Counted from the first letter of the stretch, positions 12,495 through 26,338 are shown. The stretch is 64,000 bases of DNA from Octopus sinensis (GCF_006345805.1 NC_043008.1:26722001-26786000), one strand, 5' to 3'. Translations and numbers: made by a program. The notes: generated by a model from the sequence alone, not told the origin.

Positions 12495-13030
12495 CGGGGA
12501 ATCTATTTTACAGACAACTTCTGCATGCACAAATGGTGGTGAATGATTTTTTCCATGGACTCTACATTTATCTTCATTTCTTTGGCTAGTTGCCAAATAG
12601 TTATGTAGCAATCCTCCAAATTGGCGGCTTCCACTTTATGGATGGTGCTATTATCAATGGCAGAATGTGGTCGTCCAAGAATAGAAGCAGTTTCCATCAA
12701 TATCCAACCACATCTGAACTGGTGGTGCCAGGGCTCGACTACATCGTATGGTGGTGCATATCCACCATAAACTTCTATTTCATCGAGAGTTTCTTTTGGT
12801 GTATGACCATTCAAGCATAAGAACTAGATCACTGATCTGCATTCAACTGCCTCCATTATAACACCTTAGACCACTTCAGCATCCATAAAAGACCAATGAA
12901 TACTAGTGGAAATCTAAAATTAACAATGTGATGTGATATGTAGAGCCATGTATAATTATATATGTATAAGCTCTATTTCCTGCAATAGCCAGAAGTGGGT
13001 CAGGAGAAATCTTTAATGAATACCCCTCAT
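12495..13030 (-). mobile_element. Mariner transposase N-terminal remnant
   Basis: ORF 12503..12814 reads EI.EVYG..APPYDVV..W..QFRCG..GRP...IHKVE...ITI.QLA..HL.M.KLS. A TIR-like tgaggggtattc occurs on the minus strand at ~13015-13026. Confidence 0.8.
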
Positions 13031-13276
13031 GTGTATATACATATATATATATGTGTATACATACATATATATATATATAATATATATATATATATATAAT
13101 AATAAATATTAGGGAATAAATCCAAATTTACAGGGAAAAATCAGATTTAGGATTAAATCCAATTTTATAGTAAAATATTATGTAATATAATTCGAGACAA
13201 AACCACTATTTTGCAAAACAAACAAGGAAAGACTTAATCAACACGTAAAAATTTTTTAATATAAAGAAATAAACCG

Positions 13277-13319
13277 CCACTACAATCGTTTCATGTCTTC
13301 AATGACATTCGTCAGGTGG
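13277..13319 (-). ncRNA. Minimal type I hammerhead ribozyme motif (intact)
   Basis: Minus strand reads CCAC CUGACGA AUGUC AUUGAA GACAU GAAAC GAUU GUA GUGG. Stem I is CCAC/GUGG, stem II is 5 bp, stem III is short, and the cleavage triplet is GUA. Confidence 0.75.
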
Positions 13320-13376
13320 ATTTTCGATCTCCTAATCTGTTTTAATTAAATTAAAACAGATTAGGAGATCGAAAAT

Positions 13377-13419
13377 CGCCCTGATGAATGTCATTGAAGA
13401 CATGAAACGATTGTAGTGG
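13377..13419 (+). ncRNA. Minimal hammerhead motif, stem I mutated
   Basis: CGCC CUGAUGA AUGUC AUUGAA GACAU GAAAC GAUU GUA GUGG. The core is intact, but CGCC pairs poorly with GUGG. Confidence 0.55.
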
Positions 13420-13508
13420 CGGTTTATTTCTTTATATTAAAAATTTTTATGTATTGATTAAGTCTTTCCTTGTTTGTTTTGCAAAATAGTGGTTTTGTCT
13501 CGAATTAT

Positions 13509-13576
<68 letters not shown>

Positions 13577-14449
13577 TGTATGTATGTATGTATGTATGTA
13601 TCATCATCATCATCACTTAGCATCTGCTTTCCATGCTAGCATGGGTTATATATATATATAAAGAAAGAGAGAGAGAGAGAGAGAGAGAGTGTGAGAGAGA
13701 GAGAGAGAGAGAGATAGGTGGATATTAGTGGTAAAGAGTAACTAGGAAAATAAGGCATGCAGTTCATCCCACCCCCACTAAGTCTGTGGTGGGTATTTCT
13801 GAGTGTTCCACCCTCTACTGTTTTCCATGAAAAAAGTAGTAGAGGTTTTTGCAATCATTTTCGTATGTTTGTCATCCAGTTTGATAATTGAGTCATTCAA
13901 ATTCGTTTTCCGATTATTCAATTCCAGTCAAAGAATTTAGCATTTACATCATTCAAATCAAAATGTCTGTTGACAGCATTCAAATTAGTCAGAATGCAAG
14001 GAAGCATCTTCTTGAGCATTCAAATTCGTTTCGGAGCAATCTATTTAACACTTCGAGCACTCAAATAAGCACGTGGCTGTTTTGGTTTTATCTCATGATC
14101 ATTGTTATCATATACATGTGTTTTCATCCATTGTTTGTGCTTTAAGCACTCTATCGTGCCCATGTTGTTTCTGTGTGTTCTTTTATTTTTGCATAGGTAC
14201 ATGTATTGTTAAAGACTTCATGAAATCGCATTCCAGCCTTTTCAATTTTTTTAGAGAAACTCACAATTACAACAAATGCTCATTTTCTTTATTTTGAATA
14301 CATTATGTTGTGATATGTGTTCTTCTTTTGCATAATATGTTTTGTTGAGAAAAGTATATATTTCTTTGATTTTGCATTTTTTCTTCCATCAGGGAAAGGG
14401 TGCTATGTACTCTAAGATAATTATTGATTTACAGTCTTGATAAGGAGGG

Positions 14450-15300
14450 GTCATTTGAAAGGATTTAGCTGTCTTTTCCTGGTGGTTTAGGCATCTCGGA
14501 AGGTAGGTCTGGGTGTGTCTATACCAATGGGCACAATTTTCTGGAGTGACAGCCTCAATGTTACGCCTTGCGACCTCTTTCATGACATATGCTTGCCATT
14601 CTTCCATGGTCATGCCGGCATCTGCAGCTGCCCAGTCGCCAACCTTTTGCTGCAACTCAGCTTGAGTGAGGTCCTGCTTGACAGCTGCCTTAAAGGTACA
14701 ATGTGCCATTTCTGTACAATTAAGAAACAGTGAATAGTGGGGCAGGAGTTTCAGATTGATCCATGGGTTGGAACCAGCTGGGAGCTCGGCATGAACGTGT
14801 GGCCTCATGTTGTCCTAGATTCATCTACTAGGAAAATGTCAGCACATGCTCAAACTATTTCTGCCAAGAACTCCTCAAAAGAGTTTTGTGTAACGGTATC
14901 ATTGACAAAGGAGAGGTGAACCAAGCTGATTTCTCCTAACACTGCGAAAGTGACATTGCAGTTTTTCCCATGCTGACAGTTAAAAACTTGGCAAATAGGA
15001 ACGTCTCAAGGGACTCATCCAAAAGACCGCCTGTACCTGCATTTATCAATGAATATGAAATGGCCGATGATTCCCTCTTCTACTCACCAATTACGTACTC
15101 CTAAAGCTTTTCCAGAGTTCTTGGGGCATTTCTTGCACCTGGGGCATCTTTGGCCAACTTCATAGTCTGCGTGAGATTGCAGACACAGTAACAGGTGGCT
15201 TTCCAAGCAATGCTGCCTCTAAGTCCCTCTTCATCTGTTGAAGGATTGGAAGGTTCAAAAATCACAATACTAATCACATATTTCCCTATCTGACACTGGG
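14450..15300 (-). mobile_element. Tc1/IS630-like DDE transposase remnant
   Basis: Minus strand reads MKLAKDAP.ARN, FIFID, GKNCNVTFAV, DNMRPH, LPHYSLFLNCTE (LPPYSPFLNPIE-like) and WYRH...YLPRCL. The adjacent region 13890-14070 has repeated cattcaaat motifs that may be subterminal repeats. Confidence 0.8.
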
Positions 15301-15731
15301 ACAAAAGTAAGGCTACTAAGTTGGCCAGCTAAGTATGGGAAGTGCCACCCTCTCACGACTGAACAACTGTGTCATAGACTCTAATCCACTATCTTTTCAG
15401 CCTTATATTTTACTGTCTAAAGGGAAATAACTCTATCCCCACCCCTACGCACACACATTGCTTCTTTCTGTTTTCTTTTTCACTTGCCAGTTTTTCAACT
15501 TTCTACATTTTATATTTACATCTTTCTCACCTTTTCTATCATTCTATCATCCTATTTTTAGTTTGTTATGTCATATGGGCAGTGCCTGAAAATTGTGCTA
15601 GGTCACCAAATGTGTTTAAAATACTATCTGGCATGCTTTCAGCATATGAAACTGATATTAGCACATGAAAACATATATTGCATTTAAAAAATAAGTAAAT
15701 AAATAAATAAATATATATCTATATCTATCTT

Positions 15732-15811
<80 letters not shown>

Positions 15812-16699
15812 CACACACACATATATATCTATATACCCAACTACACACACAAACACACACACACACATGCATACATACACACTTCCGTATGCCCATCTGA
15901 AGCAATCAGTTTAATTTCCCATCTCAAGACATCCCCACCACCTGCTATCTCTCTACTTTCAGTATTCAGCTGTAATTATAGGTGTATGGAATTGCATGCT
16001 TTCCCAGTTTTTTCTTGATATCAGTTATCTTTCTTACTACCTGGAGCCATTTCACTTGTTACTCATTTCTCATTCATAATATTGTTCCCTGTACCCACAT
16101 TTTATATTGATAACCCTTAACAAGCACCATATCTCTCACTCTCTGTTTCAACTCCTCTCACCCTTTCCCTGTCTTCTGTGCCATTATTACTATTCTGCTA
16201 CTCTTAATCTCCTTTTGAGCATTTTCCATTATCACCTATTCCCCCCACCTTCCCCAAACCATATTTATCTTTATTCACCTGCATCACTTGTCTATTATGC
16301 ACAACATCCACACATTAACTTTACCCTATTTCTACAATTGTCACCCTACTCTTTACTGCCTTCACTGTTCATCAAACTTCAGTACCTGTTTTTCATAATA
16401 TTAACCCTGTCACCTATTTTCTACCTTTCACCCCCTCATTCACTCTTTCAACTACTACCCACCAACTACCCACAATTCCTGTAAAACCATCCCTCTCATA
16501 CCAGTATGGAAGATGGACATTGAAGAGGAGGGTAAAGAGGTGAACAAGGAGGATGATGCATACAAAAATGCATGCATAAATGGATTTTAAATATGATGAT
16601 GATGTGGAGGATGTTGAGAATGGTGATGGTGATGAGGAGGAGATAAAGGAGGATGCTATATACCTACATACATAAATTCATACATAAACAGATATTAAA

Positions 16700-16930
16700 T
16701 GATTATGAAATGATGATAATACATCCATTCCATGCATACATACATGCATACATACATACATACATACATTCCATGCATACATACATGCATACATACATAT
16801 ATACATACATACATCCATTCCATGCATACATGCATACATACATACATACATACATACATACATACATACATACATACATACATACATACATACATACATA
16901 CATACATACATACATACATACATACATGAG
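16700..16930. repeat. (TACA)n microsatellite with catccattccatg interruptions
   Basis: Direct tandem repeats. Confidence 0.95.
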
Positions 16931-17549
16931 CACACATTAAGATTTTACTCGTATTTTGCAAAGTTCCAAGTAAGATGTAAGATAGCATAATCCAAATATT
17001 GTAACTGGAATATTTCAGTAAATTATTTCTCTAGAACTTGGAGAGAGATCTAAGAATTTTGTAGCCTAGAAAATTCCATATTTATCTCAATGTACAACAG
17101 ATGGCCTAAAGATATGTCAGTGTTAATAACATACTGTAAAATTCAACAACATAATGCACAGAGAATATTAAATGCTCGAAGTTCATGAGAGATATAAAGA
17201 AATAGGATTTTGTTCAGTTGATACATTTTAGATATTTCTCTGCTCTTGAGAGTCATATTAACTACTTCTACTAGAAAATAGAGGTTAAAATGAAAATATA
17301 TTTTGCAATGATTACTTGGACTCACTATGTGTCTTAAATGTGTATGTTCATCTGTATGAAATTAATAAGAATGTATATACATAAACAGATGAAAATATAG
17401 ACAACACAGGCAAAAATATAGAGACACACTGACACAAGCATAGTAAGAGAGACAGAGATATACAGAGTCAGAGAGGCATCTTTATATTCACATTGCTATC
17501 TTATTCTGTTTGTGTGTGTGTATATATGTATGTGTGTGTGTGTGTGTAG

Positions 17550-17710
17550 GTGTGTAGGTGTGTGACTAAGAAGCTTACTTATCAGTCATATGGTCTCATG
17601 TTCAGTCTCACTGTGTGGTACCTTAGGCAAATGTCTTTTACTATAGCTCTGGGCTGATTCAATCTTTATGAGTGTATTTGGCAGAAACTGAAAGAATCCT
17701 GTCACACATA
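17550..17710 (+). mobile_element. Degenerate SINE family A, 5' half
   Basis: aagaagcttactt..catatggtctcatgttcagtctcactgtgtggtaccttaggcaaatgtcttttactatagc. Confidence 0.7.
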
Positions 17711-17827
17711 CACATGCATGCATTCATGTGTGTGTATACATATAATTAAAGTAAAGGATGCTAGAGGCTCCTGGTCAAAATTTGACACAGAGATACAGCC
17801 TATATGTAATTGTTGATGTGAGAATCC

Positions 17828-17829
17828 TA

Positions 17830-17928
<99 letters not shown>

Positions 17929-17936
17929 ATATATAT

Positions 17937-17980
<44 letters not shown>
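17828..17980. repeat. (TATC)n then (TA)n microsatellite
   Basis: Direct tandem repeats. Confidence 0.95.
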
Positions 17981-17986
<6 letters not shown>

Positions 17987-19294
17987 TTATTATTAAAGCT
18001 GCAAAATCATCACAAAAGTATCACAAAAACTATTACTCAGAGTTTCACGTTCCTGTTAGCCAGACAGTTTTGGTTGAGACTGGAACAAAAATATTTAAGC
18101 TATATTTATAAATATGCAATATACATTGACAGATACACATTTGAAATTGGTTTTGTTTCATTGGTCCTTTCAACTAACGGTCTTTTTAAGAACTGGTTGA
18201 TGTACATAAAATTAAAATTACAATTTAAAAATCATATTATTTAAAATCAAAGAAAACCTTATATCAAAAATTAGCCTTAGCTAGAAGGAAATAACATGTA
18301 TACCCAAAGTAAATTAATTAATGGTAATAAATTTAATTAAAAATATGTTTGTTTATAATAAAATATTCACATACAAAGATCTAAACAGCATAAAAATAAG
18401 CACACATAGAAATGCATACTAACATTTACTGAAACATATACACACAAAATTATGTACATACATATATACACTAAGCATACAAACATTAATACATGCATAT
18501 ATACATATATACAAACATATAGAAGCAAAATATAAAAGTGAATATATATACTAATGTATATATAGGTATCTACATACATATATATACACATCGTACGTCT
18601 CTGTGCATATATTCTAAATGCATAACTATGATGTTGCAAGTTAGAAAAAGAAAAAGAAAAAGAAAAAATCAAAAATAACAAGTGGTTGGAGAAAGAAAAA
18701 AGTAAAAGACAAAATAGAAAGAGTGAGAGAGAGAAAATTATTTGAAAAATAGTGTTCCTAAATGTATCTAACTATTGTTAGGTACATTAAAGCACTTCTG
18801 TAAGCTTGTAAATGCACACATTTAAAAAAAGACATGCATATCTACATAAATACATACATATATACAATAGTAACCAACATATACACACATACAAATATAC
18901 AGATAAATATAGATGCATACACACACACATATATATGTATATACACACACATCATGATATATATATACACCATATTGTATATACACATACAAAAATATTA
19001 AAAAACTATCTTGAGTATTGAATATGAAAATAAGAAAATAGTGCAAAAAATCAATGTAATATAATTAATTGCAATGTAAATATGAAAAAAAATTAAAATT
19101 TTTAAAAAGTATAAATTTAAAATTTAAATTTGAAAATGACCTCGACAAAATTTGAATTTAAACTTGTAAACAGTTGAAGGTTTTCTTGAAAGTCGAAAAA
19201 TGTAAAATGTAAAGGCAATAAATGTACAATGAATATTATACAAAATGATGGTTGTTTTCAGGTGGAAAAGCCAAATTCAAATGCAAAAGTCAAA

Positions 19295-20830
19295 TATTAT
19301 CCATACAGTATTTGATCCCTCAACATTTTATACCTTAAAGCTCTTGTCTTTGGTTTAATGCATATTTATCCTGGAACAGGATGAAGAGCTTTTCAGTCAG
19401 GTACAAATTACACCTCACTGGGCATCTATATGTTCCATGTTGATATGGTGCAGCTTTCTCCAAGACCGTCCAGTTGATATTGAAAGGATGAGTATCCTTT
19501 TCTTTCAAATGCCAGACATGTTGGCAAGACTCATTGCTGTCCTATTTTCAGGGTAGCAAGATGAATTTCAGTGGGAATAAAGTCTAGTTTTAAAGGAATT
19601 TTCCAAAGCTCCTGTATATGTTTGATATTCTTGTGAGCCATCTATTTTGCACCTTAGCTCTATAAACAATTCCTTTCTCTAGACAATTTCCTCCTAGCAG
19701 ACAGTAACTTTGGTCATTACATTTGCAATTCTTCTGGTAATTTCAGGCACTGTTGTTGCTTCTAATAGTTTTTGTTTTGTGCTAGTTGATTAAAGAGGTG
19801 AAGCTCTTGTGATAAGAATAGCTAATCTTTAGTGCTCTTCTATTAAAAATTCTATAGAGTTTATAGTTTTCTTGAAAGTGCCTAGAAACTAGTTTGAAAA
19901 ATTCTCTATCTATATGAGTTTTTATTGCAGTGTTAAATGCTAGATTAAACCATATAATTTTCGTAGTTCTAGTTGTACATGTTCTATTATTGCCAGTAGT
20001 GCTGTGACAATACTAGATCTTCTCTGAGAATCCGCTGTTCCTTAATATATTATTATAATATGGCATGGCATTTCGAAATGCTATCTCATCTGAAGATATG
20101 GATGATATGTGCCTTCCTATATTACTCACTAAATTCTTAAGTATTACGGTTGGATAATTTAATTCTTTGTTAATCTAATAAAGATTTTCATTAGGCTTTC
20201 AGTAGAATTTAAATTTATCTAATTGAAAATTTAAGTTAATGTCTAAAAAAATCTGCATTTTTTTAGGTTAGTATTTATCATTAGCTGTAAGCCCATTCTT
20301 TCGAAGAAAGCAATAAGATTCTCCCTAAGTCTAACTATCTCATGGCCATTCATATTATGGGTGACTATAAGACAGTCAATCCTGTATTCATAATAGGGAA
20401 TTCCAGATGCAGGTTATGTGAAATATAAGCTCTTGTAAGCATACATAAATCTGCCCCATCAGCACACCGAATACAGAATCCTCATTCTTTTTGATCCAGG
20501 TAAAAAAGACGGATTTCGTTACATGCAAGATAATATCTATATCCAAACTGTTGATGGTAACTTATTGCTTGGTGAATTCTAATGCTTTAAGAAGTAAAGG
20601 CCTGGATATTGATGGGTAAAAATGGACAATATTGAATTGTGTAAATTTGTAGTTACATTTATGGCTATTTTCCTTGAACCAATCTATAACTGACTTACTA
20701 TTTCCCCAAATCCATAAATTTAATTCTCTATTTAGCTTGTTTAAAATAGAATCTAAAATATTTTTGCTAATAATGCCTATTTCTGTTTTAGCTAGGTTGA
20801 TTAGTCTACATTTGGGGTTTTTACTGAACA
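19295..20830 (-). pseudogene. Decayed Penelope-like retroelement ORF: RT plus C-terminal GIY-YIG endonuclease
   Basis: Minus-strand fragments read KNPKCRLIN..KTEIG.ISK.ILD, VIDWF, FTQFNIVHFYPSIS..LL.KALEF, DGADLCML, FLDINLN, KIIWFN, IFNRRALKISYS, CKCNDQSYCLLGGNCLEKGIVYRAKV, YTG..ENSFKTRL.SH, INWTVLEKAAPY and CNLYLTEKL.I. The frame has many stops and frameshifts. Confidence 0.9.
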
Positions 20831-21029
20831 ACAAAATTTTGCAGACCCATACTCTCTGCTCCCTTCTGCATAACATAATCTGGGGCATATTGCACCACAT
20901 GCCAGTCACAAAAGAATGTATGCAAGAGATCGTAAGAAAGCAAAGCTTTACTAGACTGATGCTGATACCCTTATTATCACAGTATATGTCATATGCAAAG
21001 TAAATTTGTTATTAATACTAAACATAGAT

Positions 21030-21410
21030 GTAGGTGTTGCAGTAAGGTAAGAAACTTGCTTCCCAACCACATGGTTCCAAGTTCAGTTCTACTGTGTGGT
21101 AACTTGGACAAGTGTCTTCTACTATAGTTTCAGGCCAACCAAAGCCTTGTGAGTGGATTTAGTTGACAGAAGCTGAAAGAAGCCTGTCGTATATATGTGC
21201 ATGTGTCTTTGTCCCCTACTACCACTTAATAACTGGTGTTGGTGTGTTTACACCCCTATAACTTAGTGGTTCAGCAAAAGAGAGTGTAGAATAATAAGTG
21301 CTAGGAATGAAAAAAATATGTCTTGGGGGTAGTTTGTTCAATTAAAATTCCTCAAAGTTGCAGCCTGACATGGTCACTGTCAAATGACTGAAACAAGTAA
21401 AAGATAAAAG
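21030..21410 (+). mobile_element. tRNA-derived SINE, family A
   Basis: gtaaggtaagaaacttgcttcccaaccacatggttccaagttcag... through the tail gaaacaagtaaaagataaaagata. Confidence 0.85.
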
Positions 21411-21604
21411 ATACACCTAACCGTATCACAGTCTGAAAATGGGAATACACAGAATAATGTTCATAACCACAGTGTGACACATTAAATCACTAGTTATGAT
21501 AGATGGGATATATGAACAAGTTTACTCCTGCTTTGCTAATATATGGCATACAACACAACTTTCTATGAAGTGCACTTTACAATGTAATGCTCATCTACAC
21601 TAAT

Positions 21605-21770
21605 GCTCCCACTACACTCTTGGGATAGTTGGTGTTAGGAAAGGCATCCAACTGTAGAAACCTTGCCAGATCAGATTGGTGCCTGGTGCAGCCTCCCGTT
21701 TTGCCAGTCCTCGATGAAACTGTCCAATCCATGCCAGCATGAAAAGCAGATGTTAAACAATGATGATGAG
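21605..21770 (+). mobile_element. Solo RTE 3' terminus
   Basis: cccactacactcttgggatagttggtgttaggaaaggcatcc...gcatgaaaagcagatgttaaacaatgatgat. Confidence 0.8.
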
Positions 21771-22074
21771 GATCCAGCAGTTAGAAAGTAGAGACTGTCA
21801 GAATGCTCTGAGCAAATTTTAATCTAAAGCTGAACTGTATGAAGTAAGGAAACAAGCCTTGTGGTAGTATAGCTTGATTACAGGAATGCATTCTATTCTA
21901 TTTTATCCTCCACTCATGGTTGCTGAAGTCCCTGCAGTGTTTTTGCAGTTGACAAAAGTACCAATTGCATTAGTTGCTGCCATTGAAAATCTCACAAAGA
22001 ACTATTCTTCAATTTTTTGCATATGTAGCTAATCTGTGCTTCTGTTTATTTTGGTAGTAATCTTTTATCTTTTA

Positions 22075-22325
22075 CTTTTTTCAGTCATTAGGCCGAATTA
22101 TTAAGTTACAAAGACACAAGCATCAGTTGCCAAATGGTGGTGAGGGACAAACACAGACATTAGAGCCACATACACACGTATGTACATACATATGACAAGC
22201 TTCTTTCAGTTTCTGACTACTAAACCCACTCACAAGGTGCCATGCAATGGGACTGAACCTGGAAGCATGTGGTTGGGTTGGGTCGGGTGGGGTGGGGGTA
22301 AACTTCTTACAACACAGCCATGCCT
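22075..22325 (-). mobile_element. Internally deleted SINE family A
   Basis: Reverse complement of the family A head and tail, with deletions. Confidence 0.7.
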
Positions 22326-23099
22326 TCATCTATAAATCCACTCTTCTTGTAGGGAAATTTCACTAGTTAATTGTTAGGATCTACAACAGTAATAAAATTT
22401 GTTATTACCCATGATTTTTTTGTGGATGTATTCCAGAAATAATTGCATTGCTGGCTTACAGCAGGTTATAGTAATAAAATTCACTGCTGTTAAAGGAATG
22501 AAATTTCAACCAATGTCTATAATTGACATTTAATCATGGAAATCTATTTCCCAAACCCAAGACTTCATATCATAATTGTCTCTGTACTTTCCCTGTTTCA
22601 AACAAAACGAGTTGCAAATATCAAGGTACTGCGACGAAAGTAATTCATATGTCAGAATATCATATCAGACTCAAAAACTAAGGAAGTCACATTTTCCTTC
22701 ATATCACAAGATATTTGCAGTAACAGTACTGACAAAATCATTTGAGAAATTTAATTGGTCTATAGAAGAAATCGACCCCAAAGACACTAAAACCCACATC
22801 ATCTGCAAACTTCCACAGAAGCAGTAATATTGGCAAACTTTATCTCAAAAAAAGTAAGGGTGAGAAAGGGGCATTGGATAAGTGAGGAGCCTTTTAGTGT
22901 CATATGCAGCACTCAATTAGTACCTGCTGAACAACAGCAGCAAAAACAACACATCAGTCAATTGCTCAAAGCTGAAGTTAATAAACTCTTGCTGTTAGGT
23001 TGGGAACTCTCTAAGAAGTACTCATTTTTATGACATTTCATGTGAATTCTGAATTACTGATGACATCTAAAAAGGACTTAATGATAATGATGCCATGTA

Positions 23100-23256
23100 A
23101 AAATACCCAGTTCACTCTATAAAGTGGTTGACATCTGGAAGGGCATCCAGCTGAAAAACCAAGCCAAAACAGATTATGGGACCTGGTGTAGCCCCTGTCA
23201 AACCTTCCAACCCATGCCAGCATGAAAAACAGACATTAAATATTGATGATGATGAT
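23100..23256 (+). mobile_element. Solo RTE 3' terminus
   Basis: gtggttgacatctggaagggcatccagctg...ccttccaacccatgccagcatgaaaaacagacattaaatattgatgat. Confidence 0.75.
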
Positions 23257-23329
23257 GGGCTACAATTCATCAATAAATATATAGAAGTTAGACACTGCAT
23301 AACACAGAAAGGTAATGATTCCAACAAAC

Positions 23330-23900
23330 TAAGGGAGGATGATACTGTTAACATGAAGTATTGCCTCCCGGCGACTTATGACTAATGCATCACATCACAT
23401 TTTGAAGGTTATGCTTTTGCAATCCAAGAACTAGAGACAGTTGTAAATTATCAATTGAACAAATGAGACAATGATGCTCTTAAAACCTTAAAATAAATGA
23501 CGATTATGGAATTATACATATGATCAGCAGACGTACCACAAATGTTATCAAAAGATTATCTTGTAATGTAGCATGATGTAATTGTTAAACCTGTTTAAAA
23601 TGGTATCCATTGTAAAGGTTGCCTTGGGCTATATTATAGACAATGCCCCTGTTATTGAATACATACATTCATATATATCAACAGAAGGAATATTGTGAAA
23701 CATTCTCATCAAAATTTCTTCCAAGTACATGCTTGATATGGGTATTTGGTAAAGGAAATAAAAACCATGCACAGTCATAAAGGTCAGTTTCCCTGAATAT
23801 TTTTCCAACCTCAGCAAGAAATAGAATATTTATATATAAATACTTCAAACCCTGCAACTTCAAAACTCTGATTTTAAATTCACATTTATAATGATAATAA
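23330..23900 (+). mobile_element. Decayed non-LTR retroelement with restriction-like endonuclease (R4/CRE/NeSL type)
   Basis: TSHFEGYAFAIQE, IHMIS..PQM.SKDYL.M*HDVI (zinc-knuckle region) and *NILIK.S..Y.LDMGIW..K.CTVI.VS.P (PD..D/E-K-like). The reading is spread across frameshifts. Confidence 0.55.
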
Positions 23901-26338
23901 TTAGTACACTTGGTTATGTTAGTAAATGTTCAAGTGAAAATCAGGAAAGGCTAGAAATATCAGGCTAAGAAAGTGACCACCTAACACAAGATTATAAATT
24001 AAATCTATAAGTGGAACATTGAATTATGCAACTCGTGTGATTATTGAAACTCTTGGGACGGAGTTTTATTTCCTTGTTAAAAACCTGCTAATCCGAGTAG
24101 GAAGATTTCAAATAATTATAACAAAACAAATATACACATATACAAATATATGTATACATATTATGCATATTATACATATTTATAAATTTATGTTTTACGT
24201 ATGATTGTCTTTGAACTTCCTTCAGAGAATACACACACACACACACATATATATGAAGACAGAGATGTAGTTTATGTTACCATTTACGTACTTAGATATA
24301 CAGGATCATAGTACATCTTTGACTTCAGACATTATGATTTAGGCTATACTGGAATCCCACTTACAATTTTCTGTAAATATCTCATCTTCCAAATAACCTC
24401 ATTTTCCTTTTTCTTCTTTTATTGTTTAACTTCAACCAATTCATTTTGTTTTACTGATTATGTTTTATTGTTCTCTAATTACTACAGCTGGCTTTTCAAT
24501 GAAAGTTTTATTCTTTATTTGATGTTGATTATTATATTAGAAGGAATGACGGAAACAAATTAGCCAGGAGTGCATTGTACAGGAAAAATATTTAGTTAAG
24601 TGGGAGTTAACATACTTAATTCAGTGAGCCACAAATGTTTACTTAAAATTGTTACCCACACTGAAGAGAAAGACATGGTTAGCTTTTATGAGTAATTCTG
24701 TTCCAGAAGGACAAATGAATCAACTTATTGAATTGGACAGTGATGACACTAGTAATGTTTCAGAATTATTAGATGTCCCAGTACTTGCAAGATTCTAGAG
24801 GATTAAGAGATATAAATATTGTGTTATGTCAAAAGTTTTGCTATAATTTGGTAACTTACTTGCTTTATTCAAGTTACAACAAAAGCTGCTCAGCATTCAA
24901 AAGAGAGGTCATCATGTTGCAATGTCTGAAGCCGCCTTTCCACCAGGTATTTGATCCCACACTGATATCAGTTATTGTCCTTCAAGGCAAAGAACTCCTT
25001 CTTAGTTGATGGTGCAGCATGAGCGCTGGAATTGAGCCATAGATTGGAATAAGTAATAATCCAAAGGAGCTAATTACAGACTATATGTAGAAAGTTTAAG
25101 TGCATAAGATGCAATAATTAACCACTCCAAATTCATCGTAATATGTACATGATGGTATATTTTTCTCATTCTTTCTTTGTGTCTAATGGTACAAACAACA
25201 CACATATTCACAGTTAGAAATCTGAATATTATGCAGACAAGGCATCATTAGAGACCACATTTATCATATATGTTTCATATATTCAAGTAATTGCTGTTGA
25301 GTACTTATCTTCACAATATTCTGATATGCTGAGCAATACCACTCATTATACCATAATAAATACGATGTAAATAAATAGAAGGTGATATTTATCCAATCGT
25401 TGTGGGATGTCTGATATCTGGCACTTGCAGAAGAGACACTATTATTCAATTGTACCTTGCCTAGCAACTAAAATTCAGTAGACACAGAGAGAATAAAAAA
25501 GAATGAAAATGCAATATATATTTAAAATGGGAGACTGCACAACAGAAGTAATATATTATACAAATTAATAATAAAGTGATTCAGCAATATATTGATGCAT
25601 GGTTTGAGTCTTATTAGTGAACAATTTTGATATAGATACCATGTTCACAGCTAACAGATGAGAGAAGGCAAAGAAATAAGCTCTCTCACACATACGCATG
25701 TAATACATAGATGTAAAATTGGTTGCTGGTAAGTTGTTATTGACTAACATTATTTTCTCTCTTACAGTCGTTCATTACTACAACTATTCTACAATCTCTC
25801 TCCCTCTTATCTCCAAACATGTTACTAGTATTACTCTGCCTGTCACATTTCCAACAACTATTATAGTTTGACATTACTTTTTCGCATCTATCCTTTTATC
25901 AATGTCTCTTCAATTTTTCTCTCATTTCCAACCTTATTGCATCAGTCATTCCACCATAATCCCACTTTCTCCCGACGTTACTACATTCTTCATCATAATA
26001 CACTCTTCTGTTCACCCTCTTATTCGTGTTACCCTGGACATGACAACTGATGTACTGAAAATAAGTAATAAACCTACACAGGGTGCAAGAAATTTTTGAG
26101 AACAAGAGAACAAAAGTGGCAATTTGATAAAACAACTTTAATCTAGCAAAAAAGAAATATATATTTGTATTTTAATATAATACTAGTTCAAAGCCTTTGC
26201 TACATTGCCAGATAAAAATGTTTCTAAATCAAGCACATACCTTCAAAAATTGTGCAAATAATATTTAGATTGATTTTCTTAGTGAATATTAGTAACAGAA
26301 TATTTGATAAGGAAATAAGATTATGCCATATATATATA

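Larger units (their letters stand above)
13185..13510. repeat. Near-perfect 326-bp palindrome, a Penelope-like inverted-end cassette between (TA)n tracts
   Basis: The arms are reverse complements about ~13347, and each carries a hammerhead core. Confidence 0.9.

Noticed and set aside
22540-23030. ORFs 22576..22827 and 22830..23033 as coding sequence
   Set aside because: No motif is recognisable. They may be an upstream part of the 23330 remnant, but this cannot be supported.
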